The position numbers were made by a program, and so were the translations under genes. The notes beneath the pieces were generated by a model. That model made no database searches. It saw only the letters and a program-made list of their open reading frames with translations, and was not told the origin of the DNA. Below, in pieces: positions 21,690 to 32,665 of a stretch of 64,000 bases of DNA. Origin of the DNA: Cyanophora paradoxa CCMP329 (taxonomy: Eukaryota > Plantae > Glaucophyta); assembly GCA_004431415.1 (NCBI GenBank), contig QPMI01000068.1:124001-188000 (forward strand), written 5' to 3'. Position 1 is the first letter of the stretch, and each line of letters starts with the position of its first letter.

Positions 21690-22103
21690 TAGGGTTGTCA
21701 TTTTTTGGCGACCGGACAAGCTCTTGTCTACGTTTTTCTATCGCAGATGCAACGGCGTAAATCTGACGTTTCGCTTAAATAATATTATAGACTTCTTCGA
21801 GCATTTTCCGATACTTATTACAAATATTTTAATTACCGCGATGTTCAAACGCTTGTCTTCGTAAATCATCACTTTGATCGACAGAAAACCGGCGACCATT
21901 TGTAGCGGGTTCTGAATGTGTGGAATCTACCGAATGTCTCCGGACTCTCTACCTTCCGTTACATTATCTTCGGTATCTGAAAAACCAAGTTCTACGGTTG
22001 TATCACAGCATCCGCTGTGACAATTGCTTACAATGTGCAGGTTAAACATCTCTATGATCTTTTGGAGAAAGTCCATCGAGAATCCTTTATTAATCAGATA
22101 TAT

Positions 22104-22834
22104 TTAAAGCCAAACTCTCCGCTTGTATACTGTTGGTGCTACGGCTTTCTCTACTTCCGCTTTGGTAGCGCCAGGCTCTATGGTTCCCTTCTTTTTGGTA
22201 TTCATTTCATCCACCGCTTGCTCATCTATTTGTGTCTCTTTCTTCCGAATAAATTGAGTATCAGGAAGTCCCGTAATACCCATTCGGAAAACCTCTTTAC
22301 GTAACATCTCCTTCATTTTAGCGCGTTCTTTCTTCTCCATTACATACTGTTCCAGCGCACTCGACTTAGCTTCGAGATCACGTAGTTTAGCGGTCATTGT
22401 GTCCCATTCAGCCTTTGGCATTCGGTGGACGTTTTGAGTCGGAGCGACTTTATAAGTTACTTCTCCCGCCATCGATTGTATAACCTTGTCTGATTCTTTC
22501 GAAACACCTTGACCTTTGCAGGCAAGTGCAAGATCTTGTAGACCAAGACCGCGATCATCGGCGGCACCGATAATACGACGCGCACCCTCACCGACCGCCT
22601 TCATCTTCGATGCATCCGGTGATACATTGAGTGTTTCACTTGTCGATGCTTGCGGTGCTTTGTCCGCCGGCGATTCTTCATAAGCAGCATTTAAAGGATC
22701 TTCTTCGGGTTGCGATGGTTTCACTTGATTAACTCCGTCAAATTTCATAGGTGTAGTATTAAGTGATCCGTAACTTTCACCACCGGAATATGAAATAGCC
22801 CCAGCGGGACACCTACTTTACGTTTTGGCGGCAT
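22104..22834 (-). CDS. 243-aa hypothetical protein, copy 2 (1-bp deletion near the 5' end)
   Basis: Matches 29592-30323. Confidence 0.7.
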
Positions 22835-22862
22835 TGTATCTTTAACTATATGGAAGATATTT

Positions 22863-23645
22863 TTAAAGTCCTCTCTTATATCGCATCAATTTATTCGAAT
22901 GAACAGCGCTTTTAATCTCTTTTGGCGCTTCCTCCTTCTCGGGCGGTTTTAATTCGTCTTCTTTCTTTTTAGGTTTGCGATGGAACCGTGGGAATCCAAA
23001 GTTTTTAACGAGATCCGCTTTATCTACATAATACTTTACCGAATAATCAGCGGATGACCAAATGAGAAACTGATATGAATGAACGTATTCCTCAAACATC
23101 TTATAAAAAGCGTCTTTATCACGCATTATATTGTATTCTTCCTCAATTGCTTCAAGTTCTTTTCGATTAGCGGCGCTAAGAAACATTGCATAATCCGAAT
23201 TAACGCGAATAGTGGAAGAAACCTTACGCAGTTTCTGAGTTATGCAGATGCAGGACACCATACTATGGCGTCCACGCGAATATACAGAGCCAATTATTTT
23301 ATCACGGGTTAGGTCTACTAACTCATTATCTATCAAATCATCCAGGATAATACACAATTGGTTAACGGGTTCCCCTTTCTCTATTTTCTCTTGTCTTTCA
23401 TCGAGAAGTTTAGCGATGTAAGGCGCATCCCATTTACCGAGCTGTAATGTAGCGACATTATCCCAGAAATGATTAAAGCTAGTTCCACTTATAACTAAAA
23501 CTACATCTAACCTTTTAGCATCGTGTAACTGTTTTAACCAATACTTTACCGCTTCCGACTTACCAGTAGCCGATTTTCCGATTGCAAGGACGCGAAAAGG
23601 TGGTTTTATCATTTCAGCGGCATTAAACTCTTCTAAATCCGCCAT
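22863..23645 (-). CDS. A32-like DNA packaging ATPase, copy 2
   Basis: Walker A IGKSATGKS, Walker B IILDD, RGRH arginine finger and ITQ motif. Likely start MADLEEF. Confidence 0.92.
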   Translation of the reverse strand: MADLEEFNAAEMIKPPFRVLAIGKSATGKSEAVKYWLKQLHDAKRLDVVLVISGTSFNHFWDNVATLQLGKWDAPYIAKLLDERQEKIEKGEPVNQLCIILDDLIDNELVDLTRDKIIGSVYSRGRHSMVSCICITQKLRKVSSTIRVNSDYAMFLSAANRKELEAIEEEYNIMRDKDAFYKMFEEYVHSYQFLIWSSADYSVKYYVDKADLVKNFGFPRFHRKPKKKEDELKPPEKEEAPKEIKSAVHSNKLMRYKRGL

Positions 23646-23727
23646 GGTGTTGTAGATCTTCTTAATAAAGATAGATAAAAATAACGAAATATGACTAAAT
23701 AATGGTAACAAACACATACACTGTTTA

Positions 23728-25123
23728 TTAGAGATTGACTCGCCTTAATCCGTCGCGGTCCGCTATGAGCATCGTGTGCATGAGAGCGCGCACGTTAACA
23801 GTAAGGCGCATGTTTTGTGGGACGTAGAGGGTTAGGAAACTTGATGAGGAGTTAGTTAGATCGACATAACCACTTTGGGCGATGTTACGAATCGCCTTCT
23901 CTCCGTCCAGACAGAAAGGCAGACCGGACAGGACATAGCGGTTAGCTTCCTTGTCCATGTTAGAACACTTGAATGCATCGGCGATGAGTTCCGCACCTTT
24001 GAGGAGTGGGATAGGCTCCGTGGAATAAAGACGCTGTCCGTTAATCTCCACCGTGTATGTGATATCCTTCGAGTCCGCATATGTTTTAAGGACACTGTGG
24101 GAGCCGCTGTTATCCTGACCAGTTTTAAGGTAATCACGAACCGAGAATAGAAGAGCGAAAGCAAGCCCCGACATTTGGCTAATGTTAATACGGTTAGGTT
24201 GGTTATTGCCGTTGGCGGCAACATCGAAAGCATCGACGTAGCCGATGTCGATAGCCGGAATCGCAATACCAGTAGTCTTAACCTTTTCAATGACCGTAGC
24301 AAACAGCTCATCGGAAACATTGACGGCATGCATGTAAAGGCGTGGGTTGGTGATCATAATAGTATCCACAGGTGCAGATGATGGAATGGACAGACCGGTA
24401 ATGGTTCCAGTTGTGATGTTTTGACCAACATTGGCAAGAGTTACACCGGTGGCGCTTCCGAGACCATCATTAGCGGTTTGATCGGCAGCAGCTCCGACAA
24501 CCGGAAGAGCGCGACCACCATAAGAAGTCTCAATGAATCCACCCTTAGCGGGGTCACGGAACCATGCGGTAACTACCATTTCCCCTGAGAGCGCGCCAAG
24601 GGGTAGATAGCTATTTAACCACGGCACCGGGATTTCCACAAAGAATGATCCACCAAGTCGGTTAGTTCCGTGTTGTGGGATGCCGTGTAGGAAGCCAGCC
24701 GAACGTTTCTTTTTCGCTAGCTGATCCTCCGAATAGTAAACCAGAGGGAAGTGAGCGAGGAAATCAGAAGGCACAGTGAAAAGGTAAGAGCCATACGAGA
24801 TTTCGAGACGCTCTACGAGAGCGCCGACGGGCGGACATAACCATTACGAACCAAATCGGTATCACCGATGAAACCCGCAATTTCGCTAAGATCAAAAGCG
24901 AGTTCCAGCTTACCGATAAAGTTGTAACGTGGGAGTTTGAAACTTACTCGTTGCGCAGCGTTGTTAGGGAAGGTTGTCGATGGGCTAACAGTAACGAGAA
25001 CGGGTTTAGTCTTCGATTCCAGACCAAGCATAAGCGAGTTATCGAGGAAGAACGCCTTCGCCTCTTCGGGGTGGTTAGCGCCTCTTTGAGGGAAAGACGT
25101 TGGAGGGTTGTTGTGACGTCCAT
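23728..25123 (-). CDS. Major capsid protein, copy 2 (two 1-bp homopolymer deletions)
   Basis: Matches 31217-32614. Confidence 0.8.
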
Positions 25124-25174
25124 GTTTTCTCTTTTACAATAATAAAATATAAAAATTCTGTGAATGATCCTTAA

Positions 25175-26185
25175 TTATCCAAAATTGCAAATCACCGGAT
25201 AATTTGGGTGAGTTTCTCTCATTCTCATTTTGAAATACTCATAAATAGGATCACCGGCGGGTTCTTCACCATATCGGATCTCGAAAGTTAAATGGACAGG
25301 TTGCCCCTCGAAATCAATTAATTCGTTTTGAGCATTCACAATTTCTACGGACATTTGAGAGATTGCGAATGGTTTCCCGTAATACTTGTATAACGGGTTT
25401 GCTTCTGTTGAATTATAAACAACGTGTTCCGCAAAGTCTTTATCTTGCACCACGAGTTTATGGAAGTATCCAGATAGGAGACCATCGGCACATTGAACGA
25501 GGTCACCCAGTTCTTTTACTCTTACGAATAATACATTATCTTTGCAACTCTCAGTAGGGAATGTCGAGATGATACCATGAACATTAGCACCTGTAAAGAT
25601 AGGATCATATTCAGTTGAGTAAATATTAGATTTGATAAATCGGTTACCGGCTCTTCCGGCATCGAGACCAAGCATACGACCGTGTCGGTTTGATTTTTCA
25701 GCCATCGAACTAGAAGGATCCTTAGCAGTTGTGAATGCTATGTAAAATTCATGAGGAGCATAGAATATTACGTGTTTCTCTACGGTATCCCATTTACACC
25801 TTATTTGAGGATCAGGTGTTAAACCAGCAAACCGAGTATTAATACGGTTTACTAATTCCTGATGCGTATGAATTACTAAGCTTCCGCTACTTTGACCGGG
25901 ACGAATTGAGCGCCAAACATCAAAACCGGGAGCGGGAGCATTGGTAGAGTTGATCGCTGAATTAGCGATACTAAAATTAATAGTGAAAGAATCAGTAACT
26001 GTGACATCTCCGGGGACACTTTCATCGCTGATAAGAGGAATGGAGTTATAGAATTCCGCCGAAACAAGTCGGACAGCTCTTACATTCTCATACATCTTTG
26101 GTAATTCAGCGATAAACTTAGACGTCGGCGCATCGAGATTAGGAGCCTGTCTAAATGATGAAACTTCGACATATTCGACCGGCAT
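25175..26185 (-). CDS. Minor capsid (penton) protein 1, copy 2
   Basis: As copy 1 with one N-to-H substitution. Confidence 0.8.
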   Translation of the reverse strand: MPVEYVEVSSFRQAPNLDAPTSKFIAELPKMYENVRAVRLVSAEFYNSIPLISDESVPGDVTVTDSFTINFSIANSAINSTNAPAPGFDVWRSIRPGQSSGSLVIHTHQELVNRINTRFAGLTPDPQIRCKWDTVEKHVIFYAPHEFYIAFTTAKDPSSSMAEKSNRHGRMLGLDAGRAGNRFIKSNIYSTEYDPIFTGANVHGIISTFPTESCKDNVLFVRVKELGDLVQCADGLLSGYFHKLVVQDKDFAEHVVYNSTEANPLYKYYGKPFAISQMSVEIVNAQNELIDFEGQPVHLTFEIRYGEEPAGDPIYEYFKMRMRETHPNYPVICNFG

Positions 26186-26214
26186 GTTTCTTTAATCTAT
26201 ATTCATATAATAAA

Positions 26215-27126
26215 ATGATTCGTCTTATCAATGTCGATAGTAGAGATCGACAACAAGGACAAAAAGAAAACTCTTATAGGGTTGCACTCACAAGACCAAT
26301 AACCAAACCACGGCAATGTCGCGTTTTGTATGCTGAGATTCCGAACAGTATATATAATTCAATAGGAACCGATTATATAACGATTCGTTATAATATCGAT
26401 GGTGTTTATATAAATCAGCAACTGTTTCCATTACCGAGTGGTTACATAAATCAAGGACACTTTGGCGTGACACAACCATATAATTATGGTTTGAACTTTG
26501 CGGTTACTGAGAATATATTATTTAAGATCTACTACAATCCGACGACATACAAATTAGAGTTTTATAGTAATTTCGCTTTTGAACTCATCGCCGGAAATAA
26601 TAGGATAGCTAAGTTATTGGGTCTCAGTGCAACAACATTATTAGGTAGCGCAGGACAGATAATAGATAATAATAGGTCTTTATATGCTCCCGAAAATATC
26701 TTATTTTACGCGGGGACTCCGATAACACCAGATCACCCACAGTGGGGGATAACATTCGAGGGAGCGGAGTTAGTAGCGGCACCGATGGCTTTTAAAGCGG
26801 TTAGTCCAAAGATGGCGGACATGAACGCTGAACAATACATTTATATGCACATTAAAGAAATTGCCACATTTGCTTCGAACCATCATGTAGTTCCGAAATC
26901 GCAACCACAGAACCAAGGCGCAATTTTGCGTTTACAATTAAGTCAGGACATCGGAAAGTATATATACCATAGCGGAGAGCATGGCGAATACATAAAAATA
27001 AACGATCGTAATTTGGTGATTAATGAGTTAACGGTAGAATTTCGTGATTATTACGGTGATCTTGTTGATATGAACGGAATCGATAATTCGTTTGAGTTGG
27101 AGTTTTTAGCGTTAGGTATTGATTAG
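26215..27126 (+). CDS. Minor capsid (penton) protein 2, intact (303 aa)
   Basis: INVDSRDR...YRVAL...LYAEIPNSIYN and LTVEFRDYYGDLVDMNGIDNSFELEF, classic PLV/NCLDV penton motifs. Confidence 0.88.
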   Translation: MIRLINVDSRDRQQGQKENSYRVALTRPITKPRQCRVLYAEIPNSIYNSIGTDYITIRYNIDGVYINQQLFPLPSGYINQGHFGVTQPYNYGLNFAVTENILFKIYYNPTTYKLEFYSNFAFELIAGNNRIAKLLGLSATTLLGSAGQIIDNNRSLYAPENILFYAGTPITPDHPQWGITFEGAELVAAPMAFKAVSPKMADMNAEQYIYMHIKEIATFASNHHVVPKSQPQNQGAILRLQLSQDIGKYIYHSGEHGEYIKINDRNLVINELTVEFRDYYGDLVDMNGIDNSFELEFLALGID

Positions 27127-27830
27127 TCTTCTTTGTCATCGGTGAATGGGTCATGATCACCGAATATATCCACAAGTATTATATTATTATCATTTAGATC
27201 GGCTATATACCATCCTGTTTCTTTTGTCCAAATTGCACCATGTTTATGTAGCAATTTACGGAGACTTTTACGGCTTCTGATGACTAAACCGAATTCTTCG
27301 AATTTATCATGAACACTTGAAAGATCACGTTTAGGCACGTTTAGATAAACCCGACGGTCTAACTTTTCTCTTTCCAGCCGATGTGCAATATAATCAATTT
27401 CATGCCTTACACGAACCAGAAGAAAACATAATTCGTTTTGTAGCTCGATTTCATCATTGAAAACCTCCGTTAAATCCAAGATTTTGCGATAATGTGCAAT
27501 GTTAACCCTTTCATCCTCTTCTATTTCATCATCATCCATACGACAAAACCTATTATCATAGGTATGAACATATACTTCTTTGGTATTTGACGGATAGTAA
27601 CCAATAGATGAGATATGAGTAAGTTTAAGATCATCACCGAATCCATGCCGTCCGACTTGAATAGCATGACTAACTATATGCATTTGATCAAGATGAAACT
27701 TATCTATTTTAAGAATTTCTGAAAAAGCCGGGTTTCCTTCTATTTTAATATCGAAAACACGCCCTCTTATGTCATCAGCATCTCTAATAATACGTCTCGT
27801 TCCATCAGGTGCAATTTCGACGCGAGCCAT
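27123..27830 (-). CDS. 235-aa protein with DUF5710-like C-terminus, copy a
   Basis: RVYLNVP...KHGAIWTKETGWYI resembles the DUF5710 pattern YLNVP...GARWD...WY. Confidence 0.55.
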   Translation of the reverse strand: MARVEIAPDGTRRIIRDADDIRGRVFDIKIEGNPAFSEILKIDKFHLDQMHIVSHAIQVGRHGFGDDLKLTHISSIGYYPSNTKEVYVHTYDNRFCRMDDDEIEEDERVNIAHYRKILDLTEVFNDEIELQNELCFLLVRVRHEIDYIAHRLEREKLDRRVYLNVPKRDLSSVHDKFEEFGLVIRSRKSLRKLLHKHGAIWTKETGWYIADLNDNNIILVDIFGDHDPFTDDKED

Positions 27831-28306
27831 CGTTACTTATCTCTTACACAGAAAATATTTTTCTTTCTTAACCCTCTATATCACAACTTCCTTAAATCAA
27901 TTTGTGTAGCTCACGGGGCTTTCATTTTTCGCACGATATACAGTGAGACTTTCATTTTTACTGTCGATAAAATCAGGTTACCTGAGTGTTAAACGTCAAG
28001 GTTTTCGCAAAATATGAAAAAGTTAACGATAGAACAGACAGTAAAACAGGTTGCTGTAAGTGTTTATTGATGAACAACAAAACAATTATTTGTAAATACT
28101 CAATAAACTGATTTACTGTTATATTTAAAGATCTCTTCTTGTAGCGGAGCGAAAGAAATGTAATATATCATCGTTAATAGAAGAGAGGATAATAGGTATC
28201 TTTGGTGGATCTCCACATACGGAGAGACATAAAGTATCGAGATTTCCGACACGGTAATAAGTGGTAAAAGAAGATGTAACAGGTTAATTAATTGTGATTC
28301 AGTGTA

Positions 28307-28379
28307 GTGTAACAGGTGTAACAGGTTCTCCCCAAAGTTCCAAGCCGCCGACCTCCTCCTAGGGGAAAGTTTGGGATGA
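28307..28379. promoter_or_regulatory. Iteron hairpin, truncated copy ending at junction J2
   Basis: Identical to 35797-35869, then CAT, then internal penton-1 sequence. Confidence 0.8.
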
Positions 28380-28382
28380 CAT

Positions 28383-29176
28383 TACTTTGACCGGGACGAA
28401 TTGAGCGCCAAACATCAAAACCGGGAGCGGGAGCATTGGTAGAGTTGATCGCTGAATTAGCGATACTAAAATTAATAGTGAAAGAATCAGTAACTGTGAC
28501 ATCTCCGGGGACACTTTCATCGCTGATAAGAGGAATGGAGTTATAGAATTCCGCCGAAACAAGTCGGACAGCTCTTACATTCTCATACATCTTTGGTAAT
28601 TCAGCGATAAACTTAGACGTCGGCGCATCGAGATTAGGAGCCTGTCTAAATGATGAAACTTCGACATATTCGACCGGCATGTTTCTTTAATCTATATTCA
28701 TATAATAAAATGATTCGTCTTATCAATGTCGATAGTAGAGATCGACAACAAGGACAAAAAGAAAACTCTTATAGGGTTGCACTCACAAGACCAATAACCA
28801 AACCACGGCAATGTCGCGTTTTGTATGCTGAGATTCCGAACAGTATATATAATTCAATAGGAACCGATTATATAACGATTCGTTATAATATCGATGGTGT
28901 TTATATAAATCAGCAACTGTTTCCATTACCGAGTGGTTACATAAATCAAGGACACTTTGGCGTGACACAACCATATAATTATGGTTTGAACTTTGCGGTT
29001 ACTGAGAATATATTATTTAAGATCTACTACAATCCGACGACATACAAATTAGAGTTTTATAGTAATTTCGCTTTTGAACTCATCGCCGGAAATAATAGGA
29101 TAGCTAAGTTATTGGGTCTCAGTGCAACAACATTATTAGGTAGCGCAGGACAGATAATAGATAATAATAGGTCTTT
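28383..29176. pseudogene. 5' fragments of penton 1 (28383-28680, minus) and penton 2 (28710-29176, plus) between J2 and the second J1
   Basis: Copy of 20896-21689. Confidence 0.88.
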
Positions 29177-29591
29177 TAGGGTTGTCATTTTTTGGCGACC
29201 GGACAAGCTCTTGTCTACGTTTTTCTATCGCAGATGCAACGGCGTAAATCTGACGTTTCGCTTAAATAATATTATAGACTTCTTCGAGCATTTTCCGATA
29301 CTTATTACAAATATTTTAATTACCGCGATGTTCAAACGCTTGTCTTCGTAAATCATCACTTTGATCGACAGAAAACCGGCGACCATTTGTAGCGGGTTCT
29401 GAATGTGTGGAATCTACCGAATGTCTCCGGGACTCTCTACCTTCCGTTACATTATCTTCGGTATCTGAAAAACCAAGTTCTACGGTTGTATCACAGCATC
29501 CGCTGTGACAATTGCTTACAATGTGCAGGTTAAACATCTCTATGATCTTTTGGAGAAAGTCCATCGAGAATCCTTTATTAATCAGATATAT

Positions 29592-30323
29592 TTAAAGCCA
29601 AACTCTCCGCTTGTATACTGTTGGTGCTACGGCTTTCTCTACTTCCGCTTTGGTAGCGCCAGGCTCTATGGTTCCCTTCTTTTTGGTATTCATTTCATCC
29701 ACCGCTTGCTCATCTATTTGTGTCTCTTTCTTCCGAATAAATTGAGTATCAGGAAGTCCCGTAATACCCATTCGGAAAACCTCTTTACGTAACATCTCCT
29801 TCATTTTAGCGCGTTCTTTCTTCTCCATTACATACTGTTCCAGCGCACTCGACTTAGCTTCGAGATCACGTAGTTTAGCGGTCATTGTGTCCCATTCAGC
29901 CTTTGGCATTCGGTGGACGTTTTGAGTCGGAGCGACTTTATAAGTTACTTCTCCCGCCATCGATTGTATAACCTTGTCTGATTCTTTCGAAACACCTTGA
30001 CCTTTGCAGGCAAGTGCAAGATCTTGTAGACCAAGACCGCGATCATCGGCGGCACCGATAATACGACGCGCACCCTCACCGACCGCCTTCATCTTCGATG
30101 CATCCGGTGATACATTGAGTGTTTCACTTGTCGATGCTTGCGGTGCTTTGTCCGCCGGCGATTCTTCATAAGCAGCATTTAAAGGATCTTCTTCGGGTTG
30201 CGATGGTTTCACTTGATTAACTCCGTCAAATTTCATAGGTGTAGTATTAAGTGATCCGTAACTTTCACCACCGGAATATGAAATAGCCCCAGCGGGGACA
30301 CCTACTTTACGTTTTGGCGGCAT
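29592..30323 (-). CDS. 243-aa hypothetical protein, intact copy 3 (NLS-like PPKRKV N-terminus, coiled coil)
   Basis: Open ORF downstream of the ATPase; starts MPPKRKV. Confidence 0.75.
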   Translation of the reverse strand: MPPKRKVGVPAGAISYSGGESYGSLNTTPMKFDGVNQVKPSQPEEDPLNAAYEESPADKAPQASTSETLNVSPDASKMKAVGEGARRIIGAADDRGLGLQDLALACKGQGVSKESDKVIQSMAGEVTYKVAPTQNVHRMPKAEWDTMTAKLRDLEAKSSALEQYVMEKKERAKMKEMLRKEVFRMGITGLPDTQFIRKKETQIDEQAVDEMNTKKKGTIEPGATKAEVEKAVAPTVYKRRVWL

Positions 30324-30351
30324 TGTATCTTTAACTATATGGAAGATATTT

Positions 30352-31134
30352 TTAAAGTCCTCTCTTATATCGCATCAATTTATTCGAATGAACAGCGCTT
30401 TTAATCTCTTTTGGCGCTTCCTCCTTCTCGGGCGGTTTTAATTCGTCTTCTTTCTTTTTAGGTTTGCGATGGAACCGTGGGAATCCAAAGTTTTTAACGA
30501 GATCCGCTTTATCTACATAATACTTTACCGAATAATCAGCGGATGACCAAATGAGAAACTGATATGAATGAACGTATTCCTCAAACATCTTATAAAAAGC
30601 GTCTTTATCACGCATTATATTGTATTCTTCCTCAATTGCTTCAAGTTCTTTTCGATTAGCGGCGCTAAGAAACATTGCATAATCCGAATTAACGCGAATA
30701 GTGGAAGAAACCTTACGCAGTTTCTGAGTTATGCAGATGCAGGACACCATACTATGGCGTCCACGCGAATATACAGAGCCAATTATTTTATCACGGGTTA
30801 GGTCTACTAACTCATTATCTATCAAATCATCCAGGATAATACACAATTGGTTAACGGGTTCCCCTTTCTCTATTTTCTCTTGTCTTTCATCGAGAAGTTT
30901 AGCGATGTAAGGCGCATCCCATTTACCGAGCTGTAATGTAGCGACATTATCCCAGAAATGATTAAAGCTAGTTCCACTTATAACTAAAACTACATCTAAC
31001 TTTTTAGCATCGTGTAACTGTTTTAACCAATACTTTACCGCTTCCGACTTACCAGTAGCCGATTTTCCGATTGCAAGGACGCGAAAAGGTGGTTTTATCA
31101 TTTCAGCGGCATTAAACTCTTCTAAATCCGCCAT
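30352..31134 (-). CDS. A32-like DNA packaging ATPase, copy 3
   Basis: Same motifs as copy 2. Confidence 0.92.
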   Translation of the reverse strand: MADLEEFNAAEMIKPPFRVLAIGKSATGKSEAVKYWLKQLHDAKKLDVVLVISGTSFNHFWDNVATLQLGKWDAPYIAKLLDERQEKIEKGEPVNQLCIILDDLIDNELVDLTRDKIIGSVYSRGRHSMVSCICITQKLRKVSSTIRVNSDYAMFLSAANRKELEAIEEEYNIMRDKDAFYKMFEEYVHSYQFLIWSSADYSVKYYVDKADLVKNFGFPRFHRKPKKKEDELKPPEKEEAPKEIKSAVHSNKLMRYKRGL

Positions 31135-31216
31135 GGTGTTGTAGATCTTCTTAATAAAGATAGATAAAAATAACGAAATATGACTAAATAATGGTAACAA
31201 ACACATACACTGTTTA

Positions 31217-32614
31217 TTAGAGATTGACTCGCCTTAATCCGTCGCGGTCCGCTATGAGCATCGTGTGCATGAGAGCGCGCACGTTAACAGTAAGGCGCAT
31301 GTTTTGTGGGACGTAGAGGGTTAGGAAACTTGATGAGGAGTTAGTTAGATCGACATAACCACTTTGGGCGATGTTACGAATCGCCTTCTCTCCGTCCAGA
31401 CAGAAAGGCAGACCGGACAGGACATAGCGGTTAGCTTCCTTGTCCATGTTAGAACACTTGAATGCATCGGCGATGAGTTCCGCACCTTTGAGGAGTGGGA
31501 TAGGCTCCGTGGAATAAAGACGCTGTCCGTTAATCTCCACCGTGTATGTGATATCCTTCGAGTCCGCATATGTTTTAAGGACACTGTGGGAGCCGCTGTT
31601 ATCCTGACCAGTTTTAAGGTAATCACGAACCGAGAATAGAAGAGCGAAAGCAAGCCCCGACATTTGGCTAATGTTAATACGGTTAGGTTGGTTATTGCCG
31701 TTGGCGGCAACATCGAAAGCATCGACGTAGCCGATGTCGATAGCCGGAATCGCAATACCAGTAGTCTTAACCTTTTCAATGACCGTAGCAAACAGCTCAT
31801 CGGAAACATTGACGGCATGCATGTAAAGGCGTGGGTTGGTGATCATAATAGTATCCACAGGTGCAGATGATGGAATGGACAGACCGGTAATGGTTCCAGT
31901 TGTGATGTTTTGACCAACATTGGCAAGAGTTACACCGGTGGCGCTTCCGAGACCATCATTAGCGGTTTGATCGGCAGCAGCTCCGACAACCGGAAGAGCG
32001 CGACCACCATAAGAAGTCTCAATGAATCCACCCTTAGCGGGGTCACGGAACCATGCGGTAACTACCATTTCCCCTGAGAGCGCGCCAAGGGGTAGATAGC
32101 TATTTAACCACGGCACCGGGATTTCCACAAAGAATGATCCACCAAGTCGGTTAGTTCCGTGTTGTGGGATGCCGTGTAGGAAGCCAGCCGAACGTTTCTT
32201 TTTCGCTAGCTGATCCTCCGAATAGTAAACCAGAGGGAAGTGAGCGAGGAAATCAGAAGGCACAGTGAAAAGGTAAGAGCCATACGAGATTTCGAGACGC
32301 TCTACGAGAGCGCCGACGGGGCGGACATAACCATTACGAACCAAATCGGTATCACCGATGAAACCCGCAATTTCGCTAAGATCAAAAGCGAGTTCCAGCT
32401 TACCGATAAAGTTGTAACGTGGGAGTTTGAAACTTACTCGTTGCGCAGCGTTGTTAGGGAAGGTTGTCGATGGGCTAACAGTAACGAGAACGGGTTTAGT
32501 CTTCGATTCCAGACCAAGCATAAGCGAGTTATCGAGGAAGAACGCCTTCGCCTCTTCGGGGGTGGTTAGCGCCTCTTTGAGGGAAAGACGTTGGAGGGTT
32601 GTTGTGACGTCCAT
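31217..32614 (-). CDS. Double-jelly-roll major capsid protein, intact (465 aa)
   Basis: Size and position between penton and ATPase; VSFKLPR, GALVERLEISYG, FFVEIPVPW, YLPLGALSGEMVVTAWFR and TVEINGQ motifs typical of DJR capsids. Confidence 0.87.
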   Translation of the reverse strand: MDVTTTLQRLSLKEALTTPEEAKAFFLDNSLMLGLESKTKPVLVTVSPSTTFPNNAAQRVSFKLPRYNFIGKLELAFDLSEIAGFIGDTDLVRNGYVRPVGALVERLEISYGSYLFTVPSDFLAHFPLVYYSEDQLAKKKRSAGFLHGIPQHGTNRLGGSFFVEIPVPWLNSYLPLGALSGEMVVTAWFRDPAKGGFIETSYGGRALPVVGAAADQTANDGLGSATGVTLANVGQNITTGTITGLSIPSSAPVDTIMITNPRLYMHAVNVSDELFATVIEKVKTTGIAIPAIDIGYVDAFDVAANGNNQPNRINISQMSGLAFALLFSVRDYLKTGQDNSGSHSVLKTYADSKDITYTVEINGQRLYSTEPIPLLKGAELIADAFKCSNMDKEANRYVLSGLPFCLDGEKAIRNIAQSGYVDLTNSSSSFLTLYVPQNMRLTVNVRALMHTMLIADRDGLRRVNL

Positions 32615-32665
32615 GTTTTCTCTTTTACAATAATAAAATATAAAAATTCTGTGAATGATCCTTAA

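Noticed and set aside
21223-21864. Chimeric penton-2 ORF (also 28710-29351) and 28288-28680 as novel genes
   Set aside because: Direct products of junctions J1 and J2; their C-terminal parts are read-through into non-coding or antisense sequence.
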